The notes: generated by a model not told the origin, from the sequence alone. A DNA stretch of 16,181 bases from Octopus sinensis (GCF_006345805.1 NW_021825232.1:1-16181), one strand, 5' to 3'. Shown: positions 1 to 9,247, numbered from the stretch's first letter. A program made the numbers and translations.

Positions 1-299
1 TCACAAAATAAATATAAGAGAGTGGTCACTATATTGATCACTCTAGCACCAGTTAATCCAAAGGTTTCAACCACGAAATATATGTTTCCATGAAAGCCAA
101 GTACGACTGTTAGCTCACACGGACAGGGCAAATAAAAAATAACAAAAATACAGATTATTTTGGGACAATTGTTTCGCTATTAATGAATTAAATGTAATAT
201 ACTTACAATAATCCATTTGTAGCTCGTCAGCCAAGACTATCTGGATGAAATCCACTCAATCACACGCCAGATTTTACCATAACGATAAATACGCGTGTG
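1..299 (-). repeat. Inverted partial copy of the ~525 bp unit (runs off the window start)
   Basis: Reverse complement of ~690-985 and ~1214-1505 (e.g. 291-298 acgcgtgt vs 691-698 acacgcgt). 1-160 also pairs with 300-460. Confidence 0.95.
151..243 (-). ncRNA. Type I hammerhead ribozyme (inverted copy)
   Basis: Minus strand: CUGACGA 230-224, stem II GCUA/UAGC, GAAA 175-172, C-AAUU-GUC 171-164. Predicted cleavage between 164 and 163. Confidence 0.85.
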
Positions 300-744
300 A
301 AAATAATCTGTATTTTTGTTATTTTTATTTGCCCTGTCCGTGTGAGCTAACAGTCGTACTTGGCTTTCATTGGGAAACATATATTTTCGTGGTTGAAACC
401 TTTGGATTAAATGGTGCTAGAGTGATCAATATAGTGACCACTCTCTTATATTTATTTGTGGAAAATATTATAATATGTTATAAAAATTATAATAATCCAG
501 GTTTCTCGTAGCACTAGGCCACTTGGTGTGGAATAAATATACTATTAAATTAGTATCTAATTCTCTCACCCTTATTAATTAATTATAATTATGCTGCATT
601 TATTTCTAAATGCTGTATTTTTCCGTGAGAGTTTGGCGCGCTGTTGGTTGGGGCATTTGAATTATAACGTCGGATGTAATCAATTGAACCACACGCGTAT
701 TTATCGTTATGGTAAAATCTGGCGTGTGATGAGTGGATTTCATC

Positions 745-837
745 CAGATAGTCTTGGCTGACGAGCTACAAATGGATTATTGTAAGTAATATTACATTTA
801 ATTCATTAATAGCGAAACAATTGTCCCAAATAATCTG
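745..837 (+). ncRNA. Type I hammerhead ribozyme
   Basis: Stem I CAGAU(745-749)/AUCUG(833-837) and UUGG(754-757)/CCAA(826-829). Core CUGACGA 758-764. Stem II GCUA(765-768)/UAGC(810-813), extended by AAUGGAUU/AAUUCAUU and UGUAA/UUACA. GAAA 814-817, C818, loop AAUU 819-822, GUC 823-825. All invariant core nucleotides are present. Confidence 0.9.
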
Positions 838-1269
838 TATTTTGTTATTTTTTATTTGCCTGTCCGTGTGAGCTAACAGTCGTACTTGGCTTTCATGGGA
901 AACATATATTTCGTGGTTGAAACCTTTTGGATTAACTGGTGCTAGAGTGATCAATATAGTGACCACTCTCTTATATTTATTGTGAAAATATTATAATATG
1001 TTATAAAATATTATAATAATCCAGGTTTTCTCGTAGCACTAGGCCACTTGGTGTGGAATAAATATACTATTAAATTAGTATCTAATTCTCTCACCCTTAT
1101 TAATAATTATATTATGCTGCATTTATTTCTAAATGCTGTATTTGTTTCCGTGAGAGTTTGGCGCGCTGTTGGTGGGGCATTTGAATTATAACGTCGGATG
1201 TAATCAATTGAACCACACGCGTATTTATCGTTATGGTAAAATCTGGCGTGTGATTGAGTGGATTTCATC

Positions 1270-1361
1270 CAGATAGTCTTGGCTGACGAGCTACAAATGG
1301 ATTATGTAAGTAATATTACATTAATTCATTAATAGCGAAACAATTGTCCCAAAATAATCTG
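1270..1361 (+). ncRNA. Type I hammerhead ribozyme (next tandem copy)
   Basis: CUGACGA 1283-1289, GAAA 1337-1340, C-AAUU-GUC 1341-1348. Predicted cleavage after 1348, 523 nt downstream of the previous site. Confidence 0.9.
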
Positions 1362-1500
1362 TATTTTTGTTATTTTTTATTTGCCCTGTCCGTGTGAGCT
1401 AACAGTGTACTTGGGCTTTCATGGGAAACATATATTTTCGTGGTTGAAACCTTTTGGATTAACTGGTGCTAGAGTGATCAATATAGTGACCACTCTCTTA

Positions 1501-1504
<4 letters not shown>

Positions 1505-1576
<72 letters not shown>
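1505..1576. repeat. (TA)n microsatellite
   Basis: Near-pure TA run with a few interruptions. Confidence 0.98.
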
Positions 1577-1582
<6 letters not shown>

Positions 1583-3224
1583 TATACACAGGTGTGTATG
1601 ATTGTGTATAGAAGTATATATTACTGAAAGAAATTCCAACTTTGATTTTATTGATTTATTTACAATCTTATAATAATATATGATAAGATAATATAACATA
1701 ATGAAGCGATAGAATATCAAATATCCACTCTGATTGAACAAGTACTTTCATGCATTCTTCAAGTTGTATAAAAATAGTTATTGTCTGCATCATTCGAAAG
1801 AGAAATGAATTCTGCATGAGTGTAAAAGATAGAGGTAATCGTATGGTCTTAGTAACAAAATATTTTGTGAGAAATGGACTATTATCATCGGTCTTAGATT
1901 TACTTTCGCCAGCGTAGATATGTGTGTGTATAAAATTAATTTAAATCTTAACAGGAAAGTAGCAAAATTGATTCACCTCGATAATGCGGCTCCAAATATG
2001 ACTTCAGTTTTAATTTTTTACACAAATTAGACAAGGTTTATCCACTTATCTGAATGAATATTCTATTACCTCATGTCAGTTTATTGTATCATTTTGCGAC
2101 TTGTATCGGATAAGAATACTGACCGAAGTACACATTTGTTATAACCCGTTATGTGTGGGGTTTTTAACGTTTAAGGCAGTGTCAGTATTTTCTGTCGATG
2201 TATGGGATTCGCTGAACTTTAATATCCGGAATTCCAGAAATTCACCATTCCTACACGACGCAAAGTAATATGAGATGAGGTGTTTTGCTAAGAACGCAAT
2301 ACAAGTCCCTTTACGAGAATTGAAACCGAGATCTCGCTATCGTGAATTCAGCACCATTAGCAGCGTGGACACCAATTATATTATTGAACATGGTACATGA
2401 CATATGTAGGCGTGACAGCATGCCAGAAATCTTATTTACTAGGCGTTTTCCTGAAGCAACACCCATTGAATTATCATGGATCCCGAAAAAGATCTGAGCG
2501 TTACTCCTAAGAGATGTCTCTTGTCAGCTAACGATATGCGTTGTATCATGTAATGATAGAAAGTCTGACGCAGAAAATTGCGTTGTTTGATGTGGTGATA
2601 CAGTCTGAGAACGAGGCCAATTTAGGTACATATCTTTGTTGTTTTTTGTGTTTTACTTAGGGTGTTGTTGTCGACGTTGTTGTTGACCTGACTGATCGTA
2701 ATTTTGCACAAAGGCATTCCAATTATATCCTACTAATTATTTTTATTCAAACATTAGCAACCATGTCCTCCATTGTCTAAAATAAGAGTGTGTGATTGGA
2801 AAGAGATTTCGCAGGTATCTCCAGGTGTTTGATGGAAAACATTATAAACATATCTGCGTCACAAGCCAATGTTTCCTGATTGAGTAAAGCTATGATCAGA
2901 GGACATCCAGTTGTCATCTTCCCATCCATTTAGTTATATAGCATTGTCTCCGGTCTCTAGGTGAGCAGGGTGTTCCCTGAATTCAATTGCTTAAGTACAC
3001 ATGCAACCAAAAACCCATAGGACACTTGTATACCACTAAATACATGCTTCCACCACCTCAGATCTGAATGCTTCGTCACCTTCCCATCCCCGCAGGACTT
3101 TCGAATGAAAAAATAAGTTGTTCGCTTAAAAAGTATAGAGCTTAAATTAAAAAGATAATATTAAACAAGAATATCCAAGCAAAATAGTCGGCAATGCCTG
3201 TACACAATGCCTGTACACAAATTT

Positions 3225-3300
3225 ACAAATTGCTTTTCAGCGTTTCTGTCGGCTATTCGCGTTCTGAGTTCCTTTCCCACGAAGTCCCCTTTGCCTTTCA
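3225..3300 (+). mobile_element. Degenerate SINE family 2 fragment
   Basis: cgttctgagttcctttcccacgaagtcccctttgcctttca resembles gttctgagttcaaattccgccgaggtcgactttgcctttcatc in the 8838-9460 copies. Paralogs at ~12395-12500 and ~14850-14930. Confidence 0.6.
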
Positions 3301-3396
3301 TGTGTTTGTAAGTGTACCTGTGCATGTTTGTGCATGTGAATGTGTCCAATTATGTACGTTTGTATATATATATGTATATATATATATATATATATA

Positions 3397-3585
3397 GGCT
3401 TTGGAGTGTCTGTGTGGTAAGTAGCTTGTTTACCAATCACATGGTTCCTGGTTCAGTCCCACAGCGTTGCACTTTAGGCAAGTGTCTTTTACTATAGCCT
3501 CGGGTCGAGCAAAGCCCTGTGAGTGGATTTGGTAAACAGAAACTGAAAGAAGCCCCTCGTATATATGTATATATATATATATAAA

Positions 3586-3619
<34 letters not shown>

Positions 3620-3665
3620 TTTGTATGTGTGATTTTATTGGTCACTTTTGCCGATCCGCTATGTT
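3397..3665 (+). mobile_element. tRNA-derived SINE family 1 (octopus-type, CORE-like), partial
   Basis: A-box-like gagtgtctgtgtggtaag, B-box-like ggttcagtccc, then ggcaagtgtctt..ctatagcc and gagtggatttggta..gaaactgaaagaagccc. Homologous to other copies in the window. Confidence 0.85.
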
Positions 3666-4129
3666 ATCTTTGCTTGGAACCAAATGCTCACCGAAAAATG
3701 ATCGTCAGGAACAACGTTATTTTATTAAGTCTCATATTTATAGAAAGATAGAGAGAGAGGGAAAAAATAAATCATATATATGTGTGTGTGTATATATAAA
3801 TGTAAAATCTTAAAAGAAAAGTAAGAAAATTATTTACCTTTATAACGCCGGCTCCAAATATTACTTCAGTTTGGATTTTTAACACAAATTAAATCAATTT
3901 TATCCACTTATCTAAATATTCTATTTTTGTCCAACGTTCCAGGTGCTATCCGATAAGCATACTGAATGAAATACCCTGTTGTAATAATTATCCTTTCTTT
4001 TTTAAACGAGAGTGGCAGTATTTTCCCTTGATATATGTGATTGGCTGAAATTCTTTAATATCCGGAAAATAAAACTATTTTCCAGCTAGTCACCATTCCT
4101 ACACGTCAAGTGTTGAAATGGTCGCTGTG

Positions 4130-4240
4130 TAACATAAGATGAAGTGTCTTGCGCGCCATACATCTCTCGGTCCTGTATTTGAAATCACGAGCTTGTTATC
4201 GTGTGTAGCACCCTTAACCACGGTTTCATGTGTCCTCGAC
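4130..4240 (-). mobile_element. Very old tRNA-SINE head remnant (paralogs ~2270-2370, ~11420-11530)
   Basis: aagatgaagtgtcttgc...ttgaaatcacgagc...cccttaaccac resembles the reverse complement of a tRNA-SINE head. Highly decayed. Confidence 0.35.
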
Positions 4241-4758
4241 TTCTATTATATTACCAAAATTTTATTTTTCATATGTCCTGGCAACACCCATTCTTATCTA
4301 CTTGACGCTTTTCTAAAACAAACGCCATTGTTTTTATCGATTATTGGGATGGCCATATCTGCTCAAAGATACGACCTCATCTCTCGAGTTACTAAAATGC
4401 AAACCCGACGAATTTTCCTCGTTTCCCAGAATATATTTCAGTTGCTTGTAAAGAATGCTTGTTGTTCACTGATGACAAGAATATGATCATAGGCGTTTCG
4501 GTTATGATCATCCCGTCGATTTCCTTACATCGCAAAGTGTGTTGTGTTCTTTCCGTGGTTAAGACGGTAGGGTGTGAGACAATGGAATATCATTGTCTCA
4601 CATGCTTACGACAGGGCTGATAGCGCAAATGATCCAGTAATAGGCATTCATTAGTCCTGAAACCTACATCTACAATAATTATTGTATGACATCAGATGAT
4701 GTGGATGTTAGTTTTCATAGATATCTCCGAAATATAAGTCCGACCTCACTATCAAGAT

Positions 4759-6280
4759 GTTGCTTAGAAACTCTGTCTCCCTTTTCAGATTCCTTTCAGC
4801 AACCATAACCATGTCTCAATATTACTATTCCTGCAACTATCTTTGCCAATCGACCATGCAAAAATTCTCATGTCAGTTTCTCCCTTATTTTCTGGTTTTA
4901 ATTTCATATGGCTTTTTCCTTCCTATCTGCTACTATAACTCTTGCAAATCATAGATTTTCTTCACTATTATATATATCAACTCTGGCTAACTCTACGCTA
5001 CCTTCTGGTTATATTAAACCTCTTCCACTTTCGTTATTCTAAGTAAGTGCAATGTTGCTCTTCCTAATCGAGGCTGAAGTCCTCCATTCATATTGAATTC
5101 CTTCCTTGTTCTTCTGTCTAGATTTGGTAATTCAGATTTTTTCAATCAACAAATCTGCTGAAAACCGAAGTAACCATACTTCCCAAAGTTTTTACAACCT
5201 TTACTAGATTTAGAACACTTAGCTTTCCCTTCATTAGCTTCTTCACCCTTCCGATGTACTCCTTATCTATTTTGTTTTTATTTCTATTGTTAGTACACTG
5301 TCAGATTCTAATACTCCGAAGCACTTATGATTCTCTTCCTTCAGTGATTTTACTCTCTTGCTATCTGGCCTTCACTGCTGACTACCTGTCCCTTTTTTAT
5401 GACAGATGTTGCGCACATATCTATGCCAAATTCCATGCCTATATCTTTGCTGCAGAGTCTTCTAATTCGTATTAAGGAACCAAAAGGCTTCTAATCGTCC
5501 ATCTTGAGCAAATGATTAATATTCCCTTTATCATCTCTAAACTGATACCCTGCTTTTGCCTTTCTTAGTACTAAACTGACGACAGTTAAGCATAACACAT
5601 ATATTAATGGGGATAACGTGTCTCCCTGGAGAATTCCTCGCCCGATATTAACATTTCCTAAGGCAGTGTCACCTGTTTCCGATTCTTTGCACTATTGCTG
5701 TAACTAATTAAGTCTCTGGTATTGTCTGCAATACTGAATATACTCAAACATTTACTTATCCGTGAGTGTTGCATCATGTCTATTTTGGCTTTTATCTAGT
5801 TAGTTATGAATGCCTGACCGTGTGCAGTTGCTTACAAAATGTGTCTCCCGTTTCAGTTTCCTTTCTGAAACCATATTAGTCTGTAACTGTCTCTTTCTGT
5901 ACCCTTTCTGTTCCACTGGCTCTTTGTAATTTATTTAATTATACACCTAATTAGATTTTATTCCTTTCAACAACTTCCACATGAGGGGCAGACAGGTGAT
6001 AGGCCGGCAATTATCCACTGTATTGCTTAGTTGGGATTCTTTTGGCAAAGAATTGTTTTACTTGTGGTCAGCCTCTTTGGGATTTGTACTCCGTTGTTGA
6101 TAATTTATATATTTGCTTGGCTATTCTTCTGTGTAGTGATGGGGAAATTTTCAGCCAATATCCTTGTACCCTATCCAGTCCTGGGTATTTCCAGTTTGGC
6201 GATTTAATCACTCTGGCCGACATTGGTAGACAAATATACAATGAGGTGACTGGCGTTTATACATCTGCTTTACGTCCTTA
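4759..6280 (-). mobile_element. Decayed non-LTR retrotransposon (R4/Dong-like clade) reverse transcriptase fragment, truncated at both ends
   Basis: Hand translation of the minus strand: PNWKYPGLDRVQGYWLK (~6199-6149), NCRPITCLPLMWKLL (~6012-5968), RGILQGDTLSPLIYVLCL (from 5640), NHLLKMDD* (5517-5491; YMDD motif decayed), KDIGMEFGIDMCA, KEYIGRVKKLMKGKL, ETWLWLLKG near 4800. Many stops and frameshifts. Confidence 0.88.
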
Positions 6281-6299
6281 ATTACTAAATAATCCTCTC

Positions 6300-6610
6300 C
6301 TCTCAATTTACCCTCTCTCTCTCTCTCTCTCCTCTCTGACTTAATTTAATTTAACTCTCTATACTTATATACGATGACTATGCGAGAATTGTATGTGGTG
6401 TGTCTGTGTGTGCAAACAGACATTTATCTGTCCATCTCTAAACTCATACGTATGCATGTGTATGTATGGCCGCGTAAGTGTGTGTATCTGACTGCGTGTA
6501 TATCAATAGGAATATGCCACTGCATATGTGTGTGTGTGTGTGTGTGCATATGTTAGTGCGTGTGTATGTGTATGTCTCTCTCTTATGCATGTGTGTGTAT
6601 ACATGCATCC
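6300..6610. repeat. Compound (CT)n/(TG)n low-complexity tract
   Basis: CT run ~6315-6337 and TG-rich runs ~6525-6600. Confidence 0.85.
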
Positions 6611-6931
6611 CTTTAACCCCCAGTCAAACACCCCTTCACTATATAGACTAATCTTATATACTCTCATATATTCTCATTCGCCAATAATAGACTCTTCCAA
6701 GGCCTTCCAAATCTGATTCACTTTCTATTCAAAGATGCAACTGTTAATTTCCATTATCCTTTGCCAGGGACTTTCCTGGAAACTTTACTAACTCTTCGAT
6801 CACGAAAATACCAGACATTTATCTGAGAACTCCATGGTTTCCCAAAAGACTGGGAACGAATAATATCCTCGATAAGGATATTAGCATTTCTGCATTTTCT
6901 TGTTTGTGCATATTTGTAACACTCTGCACAG

Positions 6932-7295
6932 TTCTTTTATTGTTTCAGCCATTTCCTGCAGCCATGCTGGAGCATGCATTTTTCACCCAACTTATTATTT
7001 ATAAGGACTTGTACTTATTCTATGAGTCTTCTTTGCTGAACCACTAAATTACGGGGACGTAAACTCACCAACATCGGTTGTCAAGCGATGGTCGGGGACA
7101 AACACAGACACACAAACTCACACACACATCCACATGATGGGCTTCTTTCAGTTTCCGTCTTCCAGATCCACTAACAAGGCTTTGGTCGGCCGAGGTTATA
7201 GTAGAACGCATTTACCAAGACGCCACGCAATGGGACTGAACCCCGAACCATGTGGTTAGTAAGCACTCTACTTACTAAACAGCTACTCCTGCACC
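6932..7295 (-). mobile_element. SINE family 1, near full length
   Basis: Reverse complement has head ggtgcaggagtagctg.., ggttcggggttcagtccc, the central body, and 3' end ctccagcatggctgcagg..tgaaacaataaaagaa. Confidence 0.88.
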
Positions 7296-7689
7296 CACAC
7301 TTATATTATAAATTATAAAATGAATGTTCTTGAAAAACGCTAAATATTTGCTTGATCATTATCTGTTATAATTTATGTCCCTCCGCTCAATGATCAACCA
7401 CTTCATATCACCTTTGATACGCAATTTCTCCACCACTTTTCTGTTTCAGCCGGTGTTTTAGTTGTAAACCAAACTGAGCAGTCACACTACATACGCCTTT
7501 TACATGATTTTCTTTTGTATCAACGCTAAGGTATAATATATACTTTTATGTGGCTTTGGGGAGGGCATGGAACACATTTCTTCTATTTGTATGTATTTCA
7601 ATTACTCGGGTAACGAACAATTCCTTTAACGAAAATGGCTTGGAAAGGATTATGTGCATATATAGAGATGCCACTGGTTTGAGAAGTTT

Positions 7690-7860
7690 TGAGTCGAACT
7701 AATTGACCTCAGTACTTAATGTTTTAAGCCTTGTACTTATTTTATTGGAGTATATTGGTGAACCGCTAAGTTAACGGAACGTAAACACACCAACACAGGC
7801 CGTCAAGCGGTGGGACAAACACGTACACAGAGACACACGCACACACTGATACATACAGAC
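7690..7860 (-). mobile_element. SINE family 1, 3' half
   Basis: aagccttgtacttatt..gaaccgctaagtta..cgtaaacacaccaac..gtcaagcgg is the reverse complement of the 8060-8180 segment. Confidence 0.75.
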
Positions 7861-7871
7861 AGACATATATA

Positions 7872-8237
7872 GGCATAGGAGTGTCCGTAGAGTAAGAAAC
7901 ACATGGTTCCGGGTTCAGTCCCATTGCCAGACACCTTGGCTGAGTGTCTTCTACTATAGCCTAGGGCCGACCAAAGCCTTTTGAGTGGATTTCATAGATG
8001 GAAACACAAATAAGCCCGTCCTATGTGTGTGTATTTGTGTGTCTATATTTGTCCCTCCACCATCCCTTGACAACCGATGTTGGTGTGCTTACGTCCCTGT
8101 AACCTAGCGGTTCTGGAAAGGAAACTGATAGAAAAAGTAATAGGCTTACAAAGATTAAGTCTTAGGGTCGATTTGTTCGACTAAAGGCGGAGCTCCAACA
8201 TGACCGCAGTCAAATGACTGAAACAAGTAAAAGAATA
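7872..8237 (+). mobile_element. SINE family 1, full length
   Basis: ggcataggagtg..ggttccgggttcagtccc..gtgtcttctactatagcc..gagtggattt..cttgacaaccgatgttggtgtg..ggggtcgattt-like..gcagtcaaatgactgaaacaagtaaaagaata. Confidence 0.92.
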
Positions 8238-8243
8238 GTCACG

Positions 8244-8397
8244 ATAGGCTTCTTTCCGTTTCCATCTACCAAATCCACTTCTGAGGATTTTGAGAGTCCA
8301 ATGGCTACGGTAGAAGACATGTGCGCAGTGTGCCACGCAGTGGAACCGAACACGAAACCAGATCTGGAAGCAAGCGTCTTACCACACAGCCGCGCCT
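8244..8397 (-). mobile_element. SINE family 1, 5' half, diverged
   Basis: ggcttctttccgtttccatctaccaaatccac..gtagaagac..tgccacgcagtgg..cttaccacacagcc is the reverse complement of the head. Confidence 0.8.
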
Positions 8398-8547
8398 AAA
8401 CATGCCCACCTACACAGATTCAATCCAAGGAAACACGCATAAACATGAAACACTCTCTAACCCGTTCACTTTATAATTTGTTAAAACCATTTACATGGTG
8501 TCCATTAGTGAGTGATGCTGTGTTTTGTTTTATTTCTCCTACACATT

Positions 8548-8682
8548 GATTTCAAATTTTGGCACAACACCAGCAATTTCGGAGGAGAGAGTAAGTTGAT
8601 TACATCGACCCCAGTACATAACTGATATTGATTTCATCGACCCCGAAAGGATAAAAGGCCAAAGACAACCTCGGCGGAATAT
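8548..8682 (-). mobile_element. SINE family 2 fragment
   Basis: gattacatcgaccccagt..atcgaccccgaaaggataaaaggc..acctcggcggaat is the reverse complement of the 8890-9000 body. Confidence 0.85.
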
Positions 8683-8837
8683 TTCTACTTAATATTTAAT
8701 ATTATTACGGTCATGCATTTTTGAAATTGGGTGTTAAAACAGAAATTCTTCTATATGGAGATGGTCGTCAGTTGCCAATGAAACACGCGCAATATATATT
8801 TGATATTCACTTTATTGTTGTTGTTGTTGTTGTTGTT

Positions 8838-9060
8838 GGTACGCCGGGGGAAACGCTTAGAAGTATTTCGTCTGCGGTTACGTTCTGAGTTCAAATTCCA
8901 CCGAGTCCAAATTCCACCGAGGTCGATATTGCCTTTCATCCTTTTGTAGTCGATTAAATAAGTACCAGTTACGCACTGGAGGCGATATAATCGACTTAAT
9001 CAGCGTGTCTGTCCTTGTTTGTCCTCTCTGTGTTTAGCCCCTTGTGGGTAGTAAAGAGAT
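8838..9060 (+). mobile_element. SINE family 2
   Basis: acgccggg..gtatttcgtc..gttctgagttcaaattcc..gaggtcga..gcctttcatcc..taagtaccagttacgcactgg. Internal 16-bp duplication caaattccaccgag at ~8893-8925. Preceded by (GTT)n 8813-8838. Confidence 0.88.
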
Positions 9061-9204
9061 AAGTATTTCGTCTCTCACTACATTCTGAGTTCAAATTCCG
9101 CTTAGATCGACTTTGCCCTTCATCCTTTCGGAAACGATAAATTAAGTACCAGTTACACACTGGGATCGATGTAATGGACTAGTCCTTGTGCTTCCAGTAG
9201 ACAG
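9061..9204 (+). mobile_element. SINE family 2, 5'-truncated tandem copy
   Basis: aagtatttcgtc..ttctgagttcaaattccg..gatcgactttgcccttcatcctttcgg..aagtaccagttacacactgg. Confidence 0.85.
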
Positions 9205-9205
9205 G

Positions 9206-9246
<41 letters not shown>

Positions 9247-9247
9247 T

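Larger units (their letters stand above)
1..1507 (+). mobile_element. Hammerhead-bearing non-autonomous retroelement (Penelope-like pLTR tandem or retrozyme-like): inverted partial unit + 2.3 direct units, ending in (TA)n
   Basis: Repeat structure and three HHR cores are read directly from the sequence. Partial tandems with an inverted 5' segment and HHRs are known PLE hallmarks. No PLE RT/GIY-YIG ORF is in the window, so the family assignment is inferred. Confidence 0.72.
300..1507 (+). repeat. Direct tandem repeat, unit ~523-526 bp, ~2.3 copies
   Basis: aaataatctgtattt recurs at 301, 828 and 1352. Copies differ almost only in homopolymer length or 1-nt indels. Confidence 0.96.
1576..4758 (+). 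repeat. Segmental duplication, copy 1 (paralog of 10723-13464)
   Basis: atgcac..atacacagg starts at 1576 and 10723. Long colinear matches follow (2500-3300 nearly identical to 11660-12470 by eye). Both copies end at ...ctatcaagatg (4758 / ~13463). Confidence 0.95.

Noticed and set aside
300-1507. CRISPR-like or purely satellite interpretation of the tandem
   Set aside because: No spacers, eukaryotic context, and the embedded ribozymes plus inverted arm fit a retroelement origin better.
245-1611. ORFs 245-511, 766-966 and 1381-1611 in the tandem unit
   Set aside because: Frames are not preserved between copies, no recognisable domain, and one runs into the TA microsatellite.
2760-3110. Apparent peptide similarity between modules (DGKMTTGCPLIIAL vs DGMIMTETPLIIAL at ~13170-13220)
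   Set aside because: Limited to ~14 codons, similar in an opposite-strand frame too, surrounded by stops and unrecognisable. DNA-level paralogy is enough to explain it.
3660-3708. CUGACGA on the minus strand (also ~12993-12999)
   Set aside because: The following hairpin is followed by GCAU rather than GAAA, and the third paralog reads CUGACAG. Not a hammerhead.
4469-4520. CUGAUGA followed by a hairpin (also ~13175); CUGAGGA at ~8281 and ~10186
   Set aside because: No properly placed GAAA or stem II closure.
4757-6281. Plus-strand ORFs 4757-4954, 5254-5475 and 6042-6281
   Set aside because: Antisense shadows of the decayed LINE RT.
6662-6826. LRR-like peptide NNRLFQGLPNLIHFLF
   Set aside because: A single weak motif without LRR periodicity or splice support.
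7450-7530. Possible exon after ttttctgtttcag (GVLVVNQTEQSHYIRLLHDFLLYQR*)
   Set aside because: Only one frame is nearly open, there is no homology I recognise, and no partner exon is evident.
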